A stretch of 64,000 nucleotides of DNA from Squalus acanthias (taxonomy: Eukaryota), in NCBI GenBank assembly GCA_030390025.1, contig CM059429.1, positions 34,162,001 to 34,226,000 of the forward strand, given 5' to 3'. The notes under the pieces are model-generated. The model did no database searches and was not told where the DNA came from. It saw only the letters and a program-made list of their open reading frames with translations. Below, in pieces: positions 39,301-48,199 of this stretch. The position numbers and the translations under genes are program-made. Each line of letters opens with the position of its first letter. Position 1 is the stretch's first letter.

Positions 39301-42300
39301 AATGTCATCGCTATCAGCTGGTTAAAAATTGAAAACTGCACTAGCATGGCATAAATAGAATCATTGTAAATATAAATGTAAATCCGAGTGGCTGGCAGGC
39401 AGTGACTAGTGGGGTACCGCAGGGATCGGTGCTAGGACCCTAGCTATTCACAATAGATATAAATGATCTAGACAAGGGAACTAGATGTAATATCGCCAAG
39501 TTTGCAGACGACACAAAGCTGGGTGGGCGTGTGTGCTGTGAGGAGGATGCCGAGAAATTCCAGTATGATTTGGACAAGTTGGGTGATTGGGCAGATACAG
39601 TATAATGTGGATAAATGCGAGGTTATCTACTTTGGTGGCAAAAACAGGAAGGCAGATTATTATCTGAACGGCAATAGATTGGGAGAAGGGGAAGTGCAAC
39701 GAGACCTGGGTGTCCTTGTGCACCAGTCGCTGAAGGTAAGCATGCAGGTGCAGCAGGCGGTTAAGAAGGCAAATGGTATGTTGGCCTTCATAGCGAGAAG
39801 ATTCGAGTACAGGAGCAAGGATGTCTTGCTACAGTTGTACAGGGCTTTGGTGCGACCACACCTTGAGTATTGTGTGCAGTTTTGGTCACCTTATCTGAGG
39901 AAGGATGTTCTTGCCATGGAGGGAGTGCAGCGAAGATTCACCAGGCTGATACCTGGGACGCCAGGAATGACGTATGAAGAGAGATTGGGTCGATTGGGCT
40001 TATACTCGCTGGAGTTTAGAAGAATGCATGGGGATCTCATTGAAACTTATAAAATTCTAACAGGACTAGACAGACTAGATGCAGGAAGGATGTTCCCGAT
40101 GGCGGAGTCCAGAACCAGGGGTCACAGTCTGAGGATAAGGGGTAAGCCATTTAGGACAGAGATGAGGAATTTCTTCACCCAGAGAGTGGTGAACCTGTGG
40201 AATTCTCTACCACAAAAGGCAGTTGAGGCCAATTCATTAAATATATTCAAGAAGGAGTTAGATATATTTCTTAAGGCTAAAGGGATATGGGGAGAAAGCA
40301 GGGACAGGGTACTGAATTTGGATGATCAGCCATGATCGCATTGAATGGCGGAGCAGGCTCGAGGGGCCGAATGGCCTGCTCCTGCTCCTATCTTCTATGT
40401 TTCTATGAATATCAATGACTGTCTGTGTGGAGTTTGCACATTCTCCCCGTGTCTGCGTGGGTTTCCTCCGGGTGCTCCGGTTTCCTCCCACAGTCCAAAA
40501 ATGTGCGGGTTAGGTTGATTTGGCTATGATAAATTGACCCTTCGTGTTAGGGGGGGATTAAATATGTGGGGTTACGGGGATAGGATGGGATATGTTAGGG
40601 GGAATTAAATACGTGGGGTTACGGGGATAGGGTGGGATATGTGTCGGTGCAGGCTCGATGGGGATTCTGTGGGAGAAAGCAGGGACAGGGTACTGGATTT
40701 GGATGATCAGCCATGATCGTATTGAATGGTGGAGCAGGCTCGACGGGCCGAATGGCCTACTCCTGCTCCTAGTTTCTATGTTTCTATATAAAATGATTGA
40801 CTGAGATATTGATGGAATTAATTTGCATTTTTAAAATTGCCTTTCAAGCCCTTGGGACATCACAAAGTGCACTTTACAGCCAATGAATGAATTTTGAAGT
40901 GTAGCCACCGTTAAGTAGGCAAACATGGCTGTAAATATGTACACAGCAAGGTCTCACGAGCAACAATGAATTGAATGATGAGTTAATCTGGTGGTTGTCT
41001 GATAAATATTAGCCAGGACACTGAAAACTCCCTTGTTACTCTTCAAATACTGTCATGGGATCTTTCGCATCCATCCAAACAGGCAGACTTGGTTTAACAT
41101 CACATCTGAAAGATAGCACTTCCAGTAATGCAGCACCTCACTGGAGTGTTCGGAATAGATTTTGTGCCTTGGGTGTGGGGCTTAAACCTACGATCTGACT
41201 CGGATGAGAATGCTACCGCTGAACCAAGATGATGGCCATTTTTTGACACAGAAGTTCCAAGTTTAGTTGAGTAGTTCCTGACATCAATTGTGTTTTTTTG
41301 AAAATCCGATCAGAACGGTTATTCTACGTCCCGTTTCATGTTGAAGACAGGAACGACTAACGGTTCAAGGTGGGAGAATATGATGATGTCACGAGTACTG
41401 GGTCATCAGTTTCTATTGCCATCAACTGTGTCGTCTTGACTCAGAACTCTTGGTTGTGGGTTCAAAATCCTTTGTTGGGATTTTGAGCTCAATCTGAACT
41501 GATGCTTCAGTACAGCGCTGAATTATGAGAGCTGCCATCCTTCAGATGAGAATTTAAATCGAGGTCCCTGTTCAGGTGAATGTTAAAGATCCTGTGGCAC
41601 AACCTAAAGAACAGGATGTTCTGCTGGCCAACATTTCTTCCTCGACCTTGCTTACCAAAAAAACACCATAGCTGGTTATTCATCTCATTGCTGTCTGTGG
41701 GATTTTGCTATGCGCAAAGTAGTTGCCGACATACAATTCAGTGTAACTAATTTTGGAGGTGATTGAAAGTTTCTTTATTCCTTACCACCTGCTTGATCCA
41801 TTCAAAGCCGATTGTGTCAAGTAAATGCAGGGCTTAACGTGAGCAAGTGCCTATATTTCTTGGATGCAAAGATGAGTTTGGGTACATGTGGGAGTTTGCA
41901 CTAAGGACTGCTACCAAGGGTATAGCTGTCACAACCTCCTTGGTGCTCTGATTCTTGGGCTTCAATTAGGGAAAAATTTAAAGTAGGCGGTGCTCTTTTT
42001 GAGCATGGAAAACTTATTAACCTGGTTGATCAGGATGGGAAGTGCTTTAAATTGGCCTACTGTTTCAATTTGAAAATGCTTTGGTTCTGAATCTACAGAT
42101 ATGCTCTATACTCTTCAAAATGCTGTCAGATACTTCATTGGGTCATATAAAAAGCGAGGCTGACATATGGTAATAAAATAACATAGGATTTGGCACGTTT
42201 TTGTGAAATTAATGCTTTTTTTAAATGTTCTCCTGACAGAGAAGTGGCCAAGCCGCTTGTCGCCATTGGAAAAGCTGGCCTTCTGCTCGCTGATCTTCTA

Positions 42301-45300
42301 TGTTTACTTTGCAAAGGAATGGTAAGTTTTTTTTGATTACCGGATATGAATTGATATTTATATCCATGCAATTTCAAGGTTTTAAATCCCAGATACTATT
42401 GAATTATTTTGATTATCCATCAATCTTGCAGAGCCGTAAGAAGGCAGGTTCTTTGTGGAGAGATGGAGGTCTGAGCTGGAAGGAATTCCTTCCTGAGGAA
42501 GAAGACATTGACCAATTTGTCACTGAGAAGGTATTTATTATTGAAATCAATTATGTCTTGTACGTCTGAGTCAAGGGGGTGGAAGTACACTTGGGAGACA
42601 TAATGTTGACTGGTCCATTGTTGCTGCCTAGAACAGTTCCTTCTACACAGATATGCAGTGCTATTGCTTACTGAAGTAGTTGCTAGTTTGGGAAATCTGT
42701 GACTTTCCAGTTGGTATCCCACTCCAATTTTTCTAACCCTTTAATCAATTTTATGAGGCATCCTTTGATACAGTTCTCGTGTGTACCCAGTCATGCTACT
42801 TAATGCTGAAACCTCATCAGTTCAGTCTTAACTGCCATACATTAATATGGACATGTGTAGATTGACTGTTTCAAATATGTACTTAATAATTGAACAAAAC
42901 TTCTGCAATTATTAGTCCTGAGGAATCAATTACTTCTTGCCAATATGAGTTAATGTGTGACCTGAGTTAGATAATTTATGAAGTGTAAATTCTTTTCAAT
43001 ATTGCCTCCATGTTACGAACAATGACTGACAGGTTAAAAACCCTCTGGTCCATCCAGCCTGTCCCCCACAATTGTGATACCTTGTATATCACAACATATA
43101 CACTCCCCACCCTGCACAAAACCATGTGATCTCCCGGGAGAGGTGAAAAAACAGATTTAAAAACCCAGGCCAATTTTGGGACGGGGGTGGAATTTGGGAA
43201 TTCCTCTCCGACCCATCAGGCGAGTAAAACTTGTCCAGGAGATCACTCTGGCACTGAATTCCCTGAAGTACCTACCTTTTTGTAAGAGATGATGTCCACC
43301 CCAACCAGAAACAGGTTCAGCTCTCGCTTCGATGCTAATTCGAAGGAATTCAGCGAATTAGCATTCACCGCACGAGGCAGCAGAGGTGCACTATTCTCTG
43401 GGAAAAGAACCACCTCCTGACCTCTAACCTAGATTTGGCCTTGTACAACTTAAAATTGTGACCCTTGGTCCTCCCTAACCTATTTAATTGAAACAAACTG
43501 TCAACTGGAACACAGTCTATTCCCTTCTTTATCTAAACCTCAATCAGATCACCCCAGAGAAGTCTACACTTCTCTAAAGTGTAGAGTCCAGTGCTCCTTC
43601 TAATTTTGTTTTGACCCACGCTGCCCCTTTAACAGGCTGTGCAGGGCATTCAAAATTCCACACATGCGCGTTTTTTTCCTATTTAAAAGTCTGCTCATCG
43701 GCTGCGTGGGACCTGCAGAGCGTGGCCGCGCAGGTTAAAGGGAACGTTGGTAGAATCCCAACTCTTAGCCTATCTTGATAACTAAGATACTGGGAATTAG
43801 TCTAGTGGCTCTCCTTTGCACCCTTTCCAAAGCCTCAATACCACCTACCATGTGAGGAGACCAAAACTGGACGCAGTATTCCAAGTGAGGCCTGACTAAG
43901 GTCTTTTACAACGACAAAATAGTATGCCTCGTCTTATACTTAATTGTCCTATGAATGCACCCCAATACCCTATTTGCTCTAACTATCAATTCACGGCATT
44001 GCTCATGTACCTTTTTAGAGATGTATGTGCTAGAATGTCCAAATCTTTTTCTTTCTTCGCCTTCTTTAATGTTTTTCCCTGAAGGGTGTATGAATGTTGA
44101 GTATTTGCACTGCCCACATGCATAACACTGCACTTATCCAAGTTATATATCATTTGCCAGTCATGAGCCCAATTTCCCAACACTAAGATCTGCCTGAAGC
44201 AGACGAGCATCTTCTACAGTCCTAACACTCGCACAGATCTTGGTATCATCTGCAAATTTGCAGATCATGTCCCCAGCACCTATATCCAGATCACTTATAA
44301 AAAATAAAGAGCAACGGTCCCAACACTGATCCTTGCGGGACACCGCTGGTGACTGGTCTCCAAAGATATCCAAATCCATCTATAACTACTTTTTGCCTAC
44401 GTCCTGTCAACCAGTTCTCAATCCAGCTCAATATATTCCCACTAATACCAGAGGCTTCAGTCTTGTGTGGTAACTTATCAAAAGCTTTTTCGAAGTCTAA
44501 GTAGACAATGTCTGCTGGGCTTCCCTCATCCACCAACTTCATAACTGCTTCAAAAAAATACAATTAGATTTGTAAGACATGACCTTTTTATGAAGCCATG
44601 TTGGGTGTGCCTAGTGTCCCTCTATCCAAGCACTCGTATATTGCATCCATAATTATTCCCTCAAGCATCTTTCCTATTACTGATTTCAATCTTTTGGGCC
44701 TATAGATACCCGTCTTGTCACCTTTTTTAAAGATGGGGACTACATTAGCCTCCTTCCAGTCTACAGGAGCCATCCCAAAGTGCAGTGAGCTATTAAAAAT
44801 ACAGACTAGGGGCTCGCACAGCACGTGTCCCATCTCCCTGAGGACCCTCGGGTGGATATCAACTGGCCCAGCTGCGCGCTCTTTTCAAGTTCTTAATTCT
44901 TTCTAAAACAATATGTTCATCTAACTTAATACAAGTTTTATTATTAAAATCATTCAATTCTAATAGCTGAGCATCATCTTTGAGTGAAAACCGGTTCAAA
45001 GTACTCAATATTTCTGCCGTACCCAGTGTGTCCTTTGTAACCTGTCCATGAACATCCTTCAATGGCCCAATGCAGTCTTTGACAGTTCTGAATCTTCACA
45101 TTACTGAAAAAGCTTTCCCATTTCTATATCAATAGGTTACTGAATGAATAACTAGAATAAAGTAGCTATTTTCAGTTTTTACTGTCTACTACTTCTTTAA
45201 TAGAAAGTGGAGTTTACTCTGGAAAATGAATCTAGTCACGAGGAAACACCAAGCAAAACAGAAATGTCTTTTGATGAACTGTGCGAACAGTTTGATAAAC

Positions 45301-47392
45301 TGATTAAGGAGAAAGCTGAGAACCAAAGAATATTTGACTGGATTGAAGTAAGTTTATTACATTATGATAATTAGTTTTAAAAGTTATCAGTTGGGGGAGG
45401 AGGAGAGATCTGTGTGGTGAGACTGATTGATAAAAATTAATATGGGGATGAATTAAAAAAATAAATCTGCAATGAATCTTGGCTTAAAATTATCTAACTA
45501 TCAGAATTATAAAGAATATTCAAATTTTAATTAGCTTTTGTAAATACTGCTCTGTATTGTAAATACAAATTATATAATGCTTTTTGGGATTCATAAATGC
45601 AGTATGTATAATCATGCAAAATAGTGGCGTGTTGGATGTGCAATAGGTACTGTATATCAAAATTTTTACTTTAAGTGAAATCTTTCTGTTACAGGCTAAC
45701 CTTGATGAAAAGCAAATGGTTTCACCACTGTTCATTAGAGCATTAATGAAATCTATTTGCCATTCTGCTGTTGTATGTAAGTACAGTTTTGATTTTTAAC
45801 ATCTAATTTATGGAGAAATGTCCACTGATATTTGTGTCAACATTTTCTTTTTCTTTTTCCTTACATCTTTCTCTGCCCATTTTAGTTGAAAGCCCTATTC
45901 GAGTGGATGTAGAAGTCATCCAAAACAGAGTAAAAGTCCTAACAAAATACCTGAATTCTGACCCCCAGCGTGAACTGCAAGCACTCTACGCCCTTCAGGC
46001 CTTAATGGCCATATTAGAGCAGCCACCAAGTAAGTTCACTGTTCTTTGTTTTGCAACTCTTGATTGACCTTCTGCAGTCTTCTCTTTCTCCATGCAATCG
46101 CGGAGGATAGAGCTGAAAAACAGTTTGCAAACTTCCATTAATAAGGTTTTATGGGCATCTGCTCGGTAGTTATGGTAGCTCAGGATGTCGGGGCCGCTTC
46201 GGGTTTCCTTCCGTCCCTGTGGGTAAACACCTGGTCACTTTTTAAATCTCATGGCAGCACGTTTGAGATTCCCAACTTGGCATGCAAGAAATTTTACATG
46301 GGGATCTGCATCCTAAATCAATCCACATGCCTTCAAGTTTGGTTTTGTTAAGTCATTGTCAGATCTATGCTACTCTTGTACCTATGCCATAAGTCTACTT
46401 TTTGTAATTGCATGAATGTGTATTACTTTAGTTACTTAAAATAACTCCATTCCAGGCAGCATGTAGTTGTGATTGATGTGACAGATTCTACCTGACTGGC
46501 TGCTGGGAGTTGATAGAGTTTAGAAGATCTGTTTCCCCTCCCCTGGCCAAATCCTTGTGCACCAACTGTTTCCTACCATAAAAAATGACACCTGCACTTT
46601 CATATATCTTTGAGCAAAGGTTTGAATGGTCACTTTGAAGGATAGAGCGTACGGCGAAAGATGGCAAGTGTAAAAAGCTTCAGATGTTCAAAATATTTTC
46701 ATTTCACGTCACAAAAATGATGGGCATTTCATGGAATTATAGATACTATTTCTGGAAGGCTTTTCTTTAACCATATATTCTGCCCTAGTCTGACTCTCCT
46801 GGTCTACCCTTAATTGTTCTTTTGACTCTGTGTAACCTGAAGCCGTTGTTTACTGTAGATGCTTGTGCCCTTGGTGTTTGGGGTCTGCAAGCAATTTTTT
46901 TTCCTGAAAAGTTTGGGGCATGTTTTCCTTCCTTTGCTAATTTTAGCAATAATAGTATTGCCTGGCACTTTTAGCTGAATTTAGTGAACAGATGAAAATA
47001 CAGTGCATGGGTGCAATCACAAATGGGCATTGTATACTCATTGTACAAGCCTGCACTAAGGTCTTGTCGCAATATCGGCTAAGTTCAATACATTGCATTT
47101 TGCTGCAGTTCCTTTGGATACATGTGCTCTTAATTAAGTATTGGCACAATTCAGAAATTGTGTACTGCTCAAACTGAAAGGTAGACATTTATTTTCTATA
47201 TTCTTTGCAGACTTACTAAGGACATTTTTCGATGTTTTGTATGACGAGGATGTTATATCTGAAGAAGCCTTTTACAAATGGGAGTCCAGTAAAGACCCAG
47301 CTGAGCAACAAGGAAAAGGAGTAGCTTTGAAATCTGTGACAGCTTTCTTCACTTGGTTAAGAGAAGCTGAAGAAGAATCAGAAGGCAATTAG
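229..47392 (+). CDS. EIF4G1: Eukaryotic translation initiation factor 4 gamma 1, 5'-partial multi-exon gene span (25 coding exons in window)
   Basis: The exons below join with consistent phases into 4425 nt (1474 aa + TAG). [22 protein letters not shown] and [23 protein letters not shown] match eIF4G1 rather than eIF4G3 (YDREFLLDFQFMPAC). Confidence 0.96.
1371..2360 (+). CDS. EIF4G1: eIF4G1 large acidic/Pro-rich exon containing the (E[P/S]PL)24 repeat
   Basis: Pyrimidine tract + ttaatag acceptor, CAAG|gtatta donor; 990 nt open, within ORF 1355-2410; phase 1-1. Confidence 0.88.
1796..2083 (+). repeat. Coding minisatellite, 24 x 12 bp GAA(C/T)CTCC(A/T)CTT
   Basis: 288 nt = 24 units, counted directly; the last two are degenerate (EPLL). 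Confidence 0.97.
3095..4250 (-). mobile_element. Old LINE 3' fragment (probably CR1/L2 group) interrupted by a MITE
   Basis: ggctatatttattgcccat..cttgaaccgctgcagt and, after the MITE, ttgctctgtcctggatgg resemble a common shark LINE end (from recall). Confidence 0.45.
3399..4123. mobile_element. PIF/Harbinger-like MITE
   Basis: Imperfect TIRs GGCCCGTATTTTCCGATC / GATCGGAATATCCGGCCC, ATT on both sides, GC-rich arms with AT-rich core. Confidence 0.8.
5000..6780 (+). mobile_element. Decayed CR1 LINE (RT remnants + 3' UTR)
   Basis: Frameshifted QHGFVKG and [10 protein letters not shown] remnants; 3' end ggctcgaggggctgaatggcc..tgtttct. Confidence 0.9.
7726..7817 (+). CDS. EIF4G1: eIF4G1 exon ([30 protein letters not shown])
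   Basis: Matches eIF4[27 protein letters not shown]; tttag acceptor (second in-frame cag 6 nt downstream), GAG|gtgc donor. Confidence 0.93.
8969..9161 (+). CDS. EIF4G1: eIF4G1 exon ([24 protein letters not shown])
   Basis: ctgcag acceptor, G|gtgag donor; ETWEEKEDK and QKYQYK resemble eIF4G1. Confidence 0.92.
11309..11442 (+). CDS. EIF4G1: eIF4G1 exon with eIF4E-binding motif YxxxxL-phi (YDREFLL)
   Basis: [44 protein letters not shown]; cattag / gtatgc. Confidence 0.96.
13170..13612 (+). mobile_element. CR1 LINE 3' fragment
   Basis: ttctttacccagagagtagttag..gaatggcctgtttctgtgctgta; similar copies at 27610-28230 and 60170-60470. Confidence 0.88.
13617..15200 (-). mobile_element. Decayed CR1 LINE fragment
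   Basis: Minus [24 protein letters not shown]; 3' tail at 13617. Confidence 0.88.
16755..16871 (+). CDS. EIF4G1: eIF4G1 exon ([39 protein letters not shown])
   Basis: ttttacag / gtaagt; 117 nt, phase 0-0. Confidence 0.93.
16975..19300 (+). mobile_element. Young 5'-truncated CR1 LINE with uninterrupted ORF2 (endonuclease end + reverse transcriptase)
   Basis: ORF 16918-19197: [45 protein letters not shown]; short 3' UTR and (TTTCTATG)n tail. Confidence 0.97.
20542..20715 (+). CDS. EIF4G1: eIF4G1 exon ([31 protein letters not shown])
   Basis: ttttcaag / gtagcc; 174 nt; conserved RRSQQG-KEPRKII and AWKP. Confidence 0.92.
22074..22203. other. Assembly gap (130 N)
   Basis: Run of N; exon phases on either side are compatible. 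Confidence 0.99.
23226..23423 (+). CDS. EIF4G1: eIF4G1 MIF4G exon ([28 protein letters not shown])
   Basis: catag / gtaagt; 198 nt; MIF4G signature. Confidence 0.96.
24069..24215 (+). CDS. EIF4G1: eIF4G1 MIF4G exon ([22 protein letters not shown])
   Basis: ttaacag / gtaatt; 147 nt. Confidence 0.95.
25135..25530 (-). mobile_element. CR1 LINE 3' fragment
   Basis: Minus [18 protein letters not shown]; resembles 13617-14030. Confidence 0.85.
25530..26245 (+). mobile_element. RTE-clade LINE 3' fragment (decayed)
   Basis: [24 protein letters not shown] (frameshifted) is typical of the RTE ORF C-terminal region. Confidence 0.7.
26470..26765 (-). mobile_element. Old SINE-like repeat, same family as 61340-61700
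   Basis: Reverse complement shares aggaaagtcccaggttt..agttagctga..ttccactcc..ctgctggaaa blocks with the 61340 copy. Confidence 0.55.
26945..27408 (-). mobile_element. DeuSINE (SacSINE1-like) tRNA-headed SINE
   Basis: Minus strand has a tRNA-like head (gtggctcagtggtagcact..gggttcaag), Deu-like core (ttggctgccacgtttcctacattacaac) and L2-like tail. Confidence 0.8.
27610..28230 (+). mobile_element. CR1 LINE 3' fragment
   Basis: [10 protein letters not shown] remnant and CR1 3' UTR. Confidence 0.87.
29130..29366 (+). CDS. EIF4G1: eIF4G1 MIF4G exon (..[35 protein letters not shown])
   Basis: tttcag / gtaagt; 237 nt. Confidence 0.96.
29481..29585 (+). CDS. EIF4G1: eIF4G1 MIF4G exon ([35 protein letters not shown])
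   Basis: ctatag / gtgagt; 105 nt. Confidence 0.96.
30238..30400 (+). CDS. EIF4G1: eIF4G1 exon ([26 protein letters not shown]..)
   Basis: tttccag / gtaagt; 163 nt. Confidence 0.94.
31178..31281 (+). CDS. EIF4G1: eIF4G1 exon ([34 protein letters not shown])
   Basis: ccgtag / gtaagg; [19 protein letters not shown] conserved. Confidence 0.94.
31384..31489 (+). CDS. EIF4G1: eIF4G1 exon ([35 protein letters not shown])
   Basis: aaatag / gtaatt; W.KGSSGGSG motif. Confidence 0.92.
32189..32921. mobile_element. PIF/Harbinger-like MITE related to 3399-4123 (opposite orientation)
   Basis: 16-bp TIR GGCCCAAAAATTAGTG / CACGAATTTTTGGGCC (1 mismatch), ATT target duplication. Confidence 0.85.
33065..33605 (-). 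mobile_element. CR1 LINE 3' fragment
   Basis: Minus [28 protein letters not shown]. Confidence 0.88.
33671..33773 (+). CDS. EIF4G1: eIF4G1 exon ([24 protein letters not shown]), ending at a GC donor
   Basis: acttag acceptor; donor CAG|gcaagt gives the phase 2 needed by the next exon. Confidence 0.9.
34511..34839 (+). CDS. EIF4G1: eIF4G1 R/D/E/S-rich exon ([28 protein letters not shown])
   Basis: caacag / gtaagt; 329 nt; KRS.SKEV and ASMT resemble eIF4G1. Confidence 0.92.
36343..36650. mobile_element. Partial Harbinger-like MITE
   Basis: Starts GGCCCTGAAATTGC; shares ctgggatcacgtggg with the 3399 element; right TIR degenerate. Confidence 0.55.
37040..37275. mobile_element. MITE remnant with internal 49-bp palindrome
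   Basis: CpG-rich; ends GCAAATTCTGCCCC+aat like the other MITE termini; left end not found. Confidence 0.55.
37517..37635 (+). CDS. EIF4G1: eIF4G1 exon, start of MA3 domain ([24 protein letters not shown])
   Basis: taccag / gtaagc; 119 nt. Confidence 0.95.
38245..38417 (+). CDS. EIF4G1: eIF4G1 MA3 exon ([23 protein letters not shown]..)
   Basis: ctttag / gtaagt; 173 nt. Confidence 0.95.
39158..39283 (+). CDS. EIF4G1: eIF4G1 MA3 exon ([29 protein letters not shown])
   Basis: ccacag / gtaacg; 126 nt. Confidence 0.95.
39386..40407 (+). mobile_element. CR1 LINE 3' ~1 kb, closely related to the 16975 copy
   Basis: ORF 39502-40335 is near-identical in protein to the CR1 ORF2 C-terminus; TTCTATG tail. 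Confidence 0.95.
40415..40670 (+). mobile_element. 5'-truncated V-SINE (HE1-like)
   Basis: V-domain gtgtggagtttgcacattctccccgtgtctgcgtgggtttcctccgggtgctccggtttcctcccac; internal ~45-bp tandem duplication. Confidence 0.85.
40671..40786 (+). mobile_element. Second copy of the CR1 3' end (duplicate of 40290-40406)
   Basis: Direct near-identity over ~115 bp. Confidence 0.88.
40825..41230 (-). mobile_element. DeuSINE-like copy (decayed)
   Basis: Collinear with 26945-27408. Confidence 0.72.
41420..41735 (+). mobile_element. DeuSINE-like copy (decayed)
   Basis: ggttgtgggttcaaa head; ttgctgtctgtgggattttgctatgcgcaaag Deu-like core. Confidence 0.65.
42240..42321 (+). CDS. EIF4G1: eIF4G1 exon ([27 protein letters not shown])
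   Basis: tgacag / gtaagt; 82 nt. Confidence 0.93.
42432..42530 (+). CDS. EIF4G1: eIF4G1 exon ([33 protein letters not shown])
   Basis: ttgcag / gtattt; 99 nt. Confidence 0.94.
43020..45120 (-). mobile_element. Decayed CR1 LINE
   Basis: Minus ORFs [44 protein letters not shown]. Confidence 0.93.
43589..43749. mobile_element. hAT-like MITE nested in CR1
   Basis: Ends CAGTGCTCCTTCTAA / TTAAAGGGAACGTTG; 8-bp TSD gtagagtc / gtagaatc. Confidence 0.75.
45204..45347 (+). CDS. EIF4G1: eIF4G1 exon ([15 protein letters not shown])
   Basis: taatag / gtaagt; 144 nt. Confidence 0.93.
45695..45776 (+). CDS. EIF4G1: eIF4G1 W2 exon ([27 protein letters not shown])
   Basis: ttacag / gtaagt; 82 nt. Confidence 0.93.
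45886..46029 (+). CDS. EIF4G1: eIF4G1 W2 exon (..[19 protein letters not shown])
   Basis: ttttag / gtaagt; 144 nt. Confidence 0.94.
47211..47392 (+). CDS. EIF4G1: eIF4G1 last coding exon, W2 domain C-terminus (..[20 protein letters not shown])
   Basis: ttgcag acceptor; aromatic/acidic boxes [11 protein letters not shown] and WLREAEEES; TAG at 47390-47392. Confidence 0.96.
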
Positions 47393-47500
47393 AAATCATT
47401 ATTGACGGAAGTCAATCACATGGCGAATCGCATTAGGCAGATGAGAACTGTCCTTTGAGTTTTTGCACAATCAAGTGCTCGGTTCTGAGAACGTCTATTC

Positions 47501-48199
47501 AATAAACCCTTGGTACTTCAAGGTTTTATCTATTTTTTAACATCAACAGTTCATGTCTAACAAATATAACTATTTAGAAAAAAAAATTAGGGCTATTGAG
47601 ACGGTCCTTAAAATTAGGTGGTTGTCATGGGCATAGGAAAGCGGTGGGGATTTTTGATTTTTAAAAAAGAATGGTGGATACCTTGTTGGTGTTAAATCAC
47701 CAACGATGCAAACAAATCTAGGGATTCCAGGATATATCAGCTTGGCTTCCCTATGCTAGATTTTTTTTTGAGGGGAGGGGCACCTAGCCCCCTGGACCCC
47801 TCTGTTCTTATGCCTATGAGTTGTATAAAAAGCCTTGAACAAGCCTGTAGTGGATTTTAAAAATCAGTAAGAGTTTAACAGTTTAATTAGACAAAACGTA
47901 AAAACAGTACAGTTCCTAGATGATTCTACTTAATGTAGAACAGTTTTAGGACAGTTCTGTAAATAAATGTTTTGCAATATTGCTAATGTAATGCCATGTT
48001 ATTTCTGCTGTCTTTGATAAAGTGCAGCAGTGTCTCCTGTATTTATAGAATTCCTGAGTTCATAAGGTGCTTGTAATTATCAACAAGAATGAATCCTTCA
48101 TTGATTACAGTTTAAAATGAATGTGTAAATACTTTTTGCTTTATTAAGTATTTAATTAAAAATTAATGCCTCTTTTCACGTCCAAAACTGGAAAATAAA
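47501..48199 (+). terminator. Candidate EIF4G1 polyadenylation signals (AATAAA at 47501, ~47962 and 48194; ATTAAA at 48155)
   Basis: Hexamers downstream of the stop codon; usage cannot be determined from sequence. Confidence 0.4.
47626..47818. mobile_element. MITE-like element in EIF4G1 3' UTR region
   Basis: 14-bp TIR CATGGGCATAGGAA / TTCTTATGCCTATG (2 mismatches); flanks ggttgt / agttgt. Confidence 0.6.
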
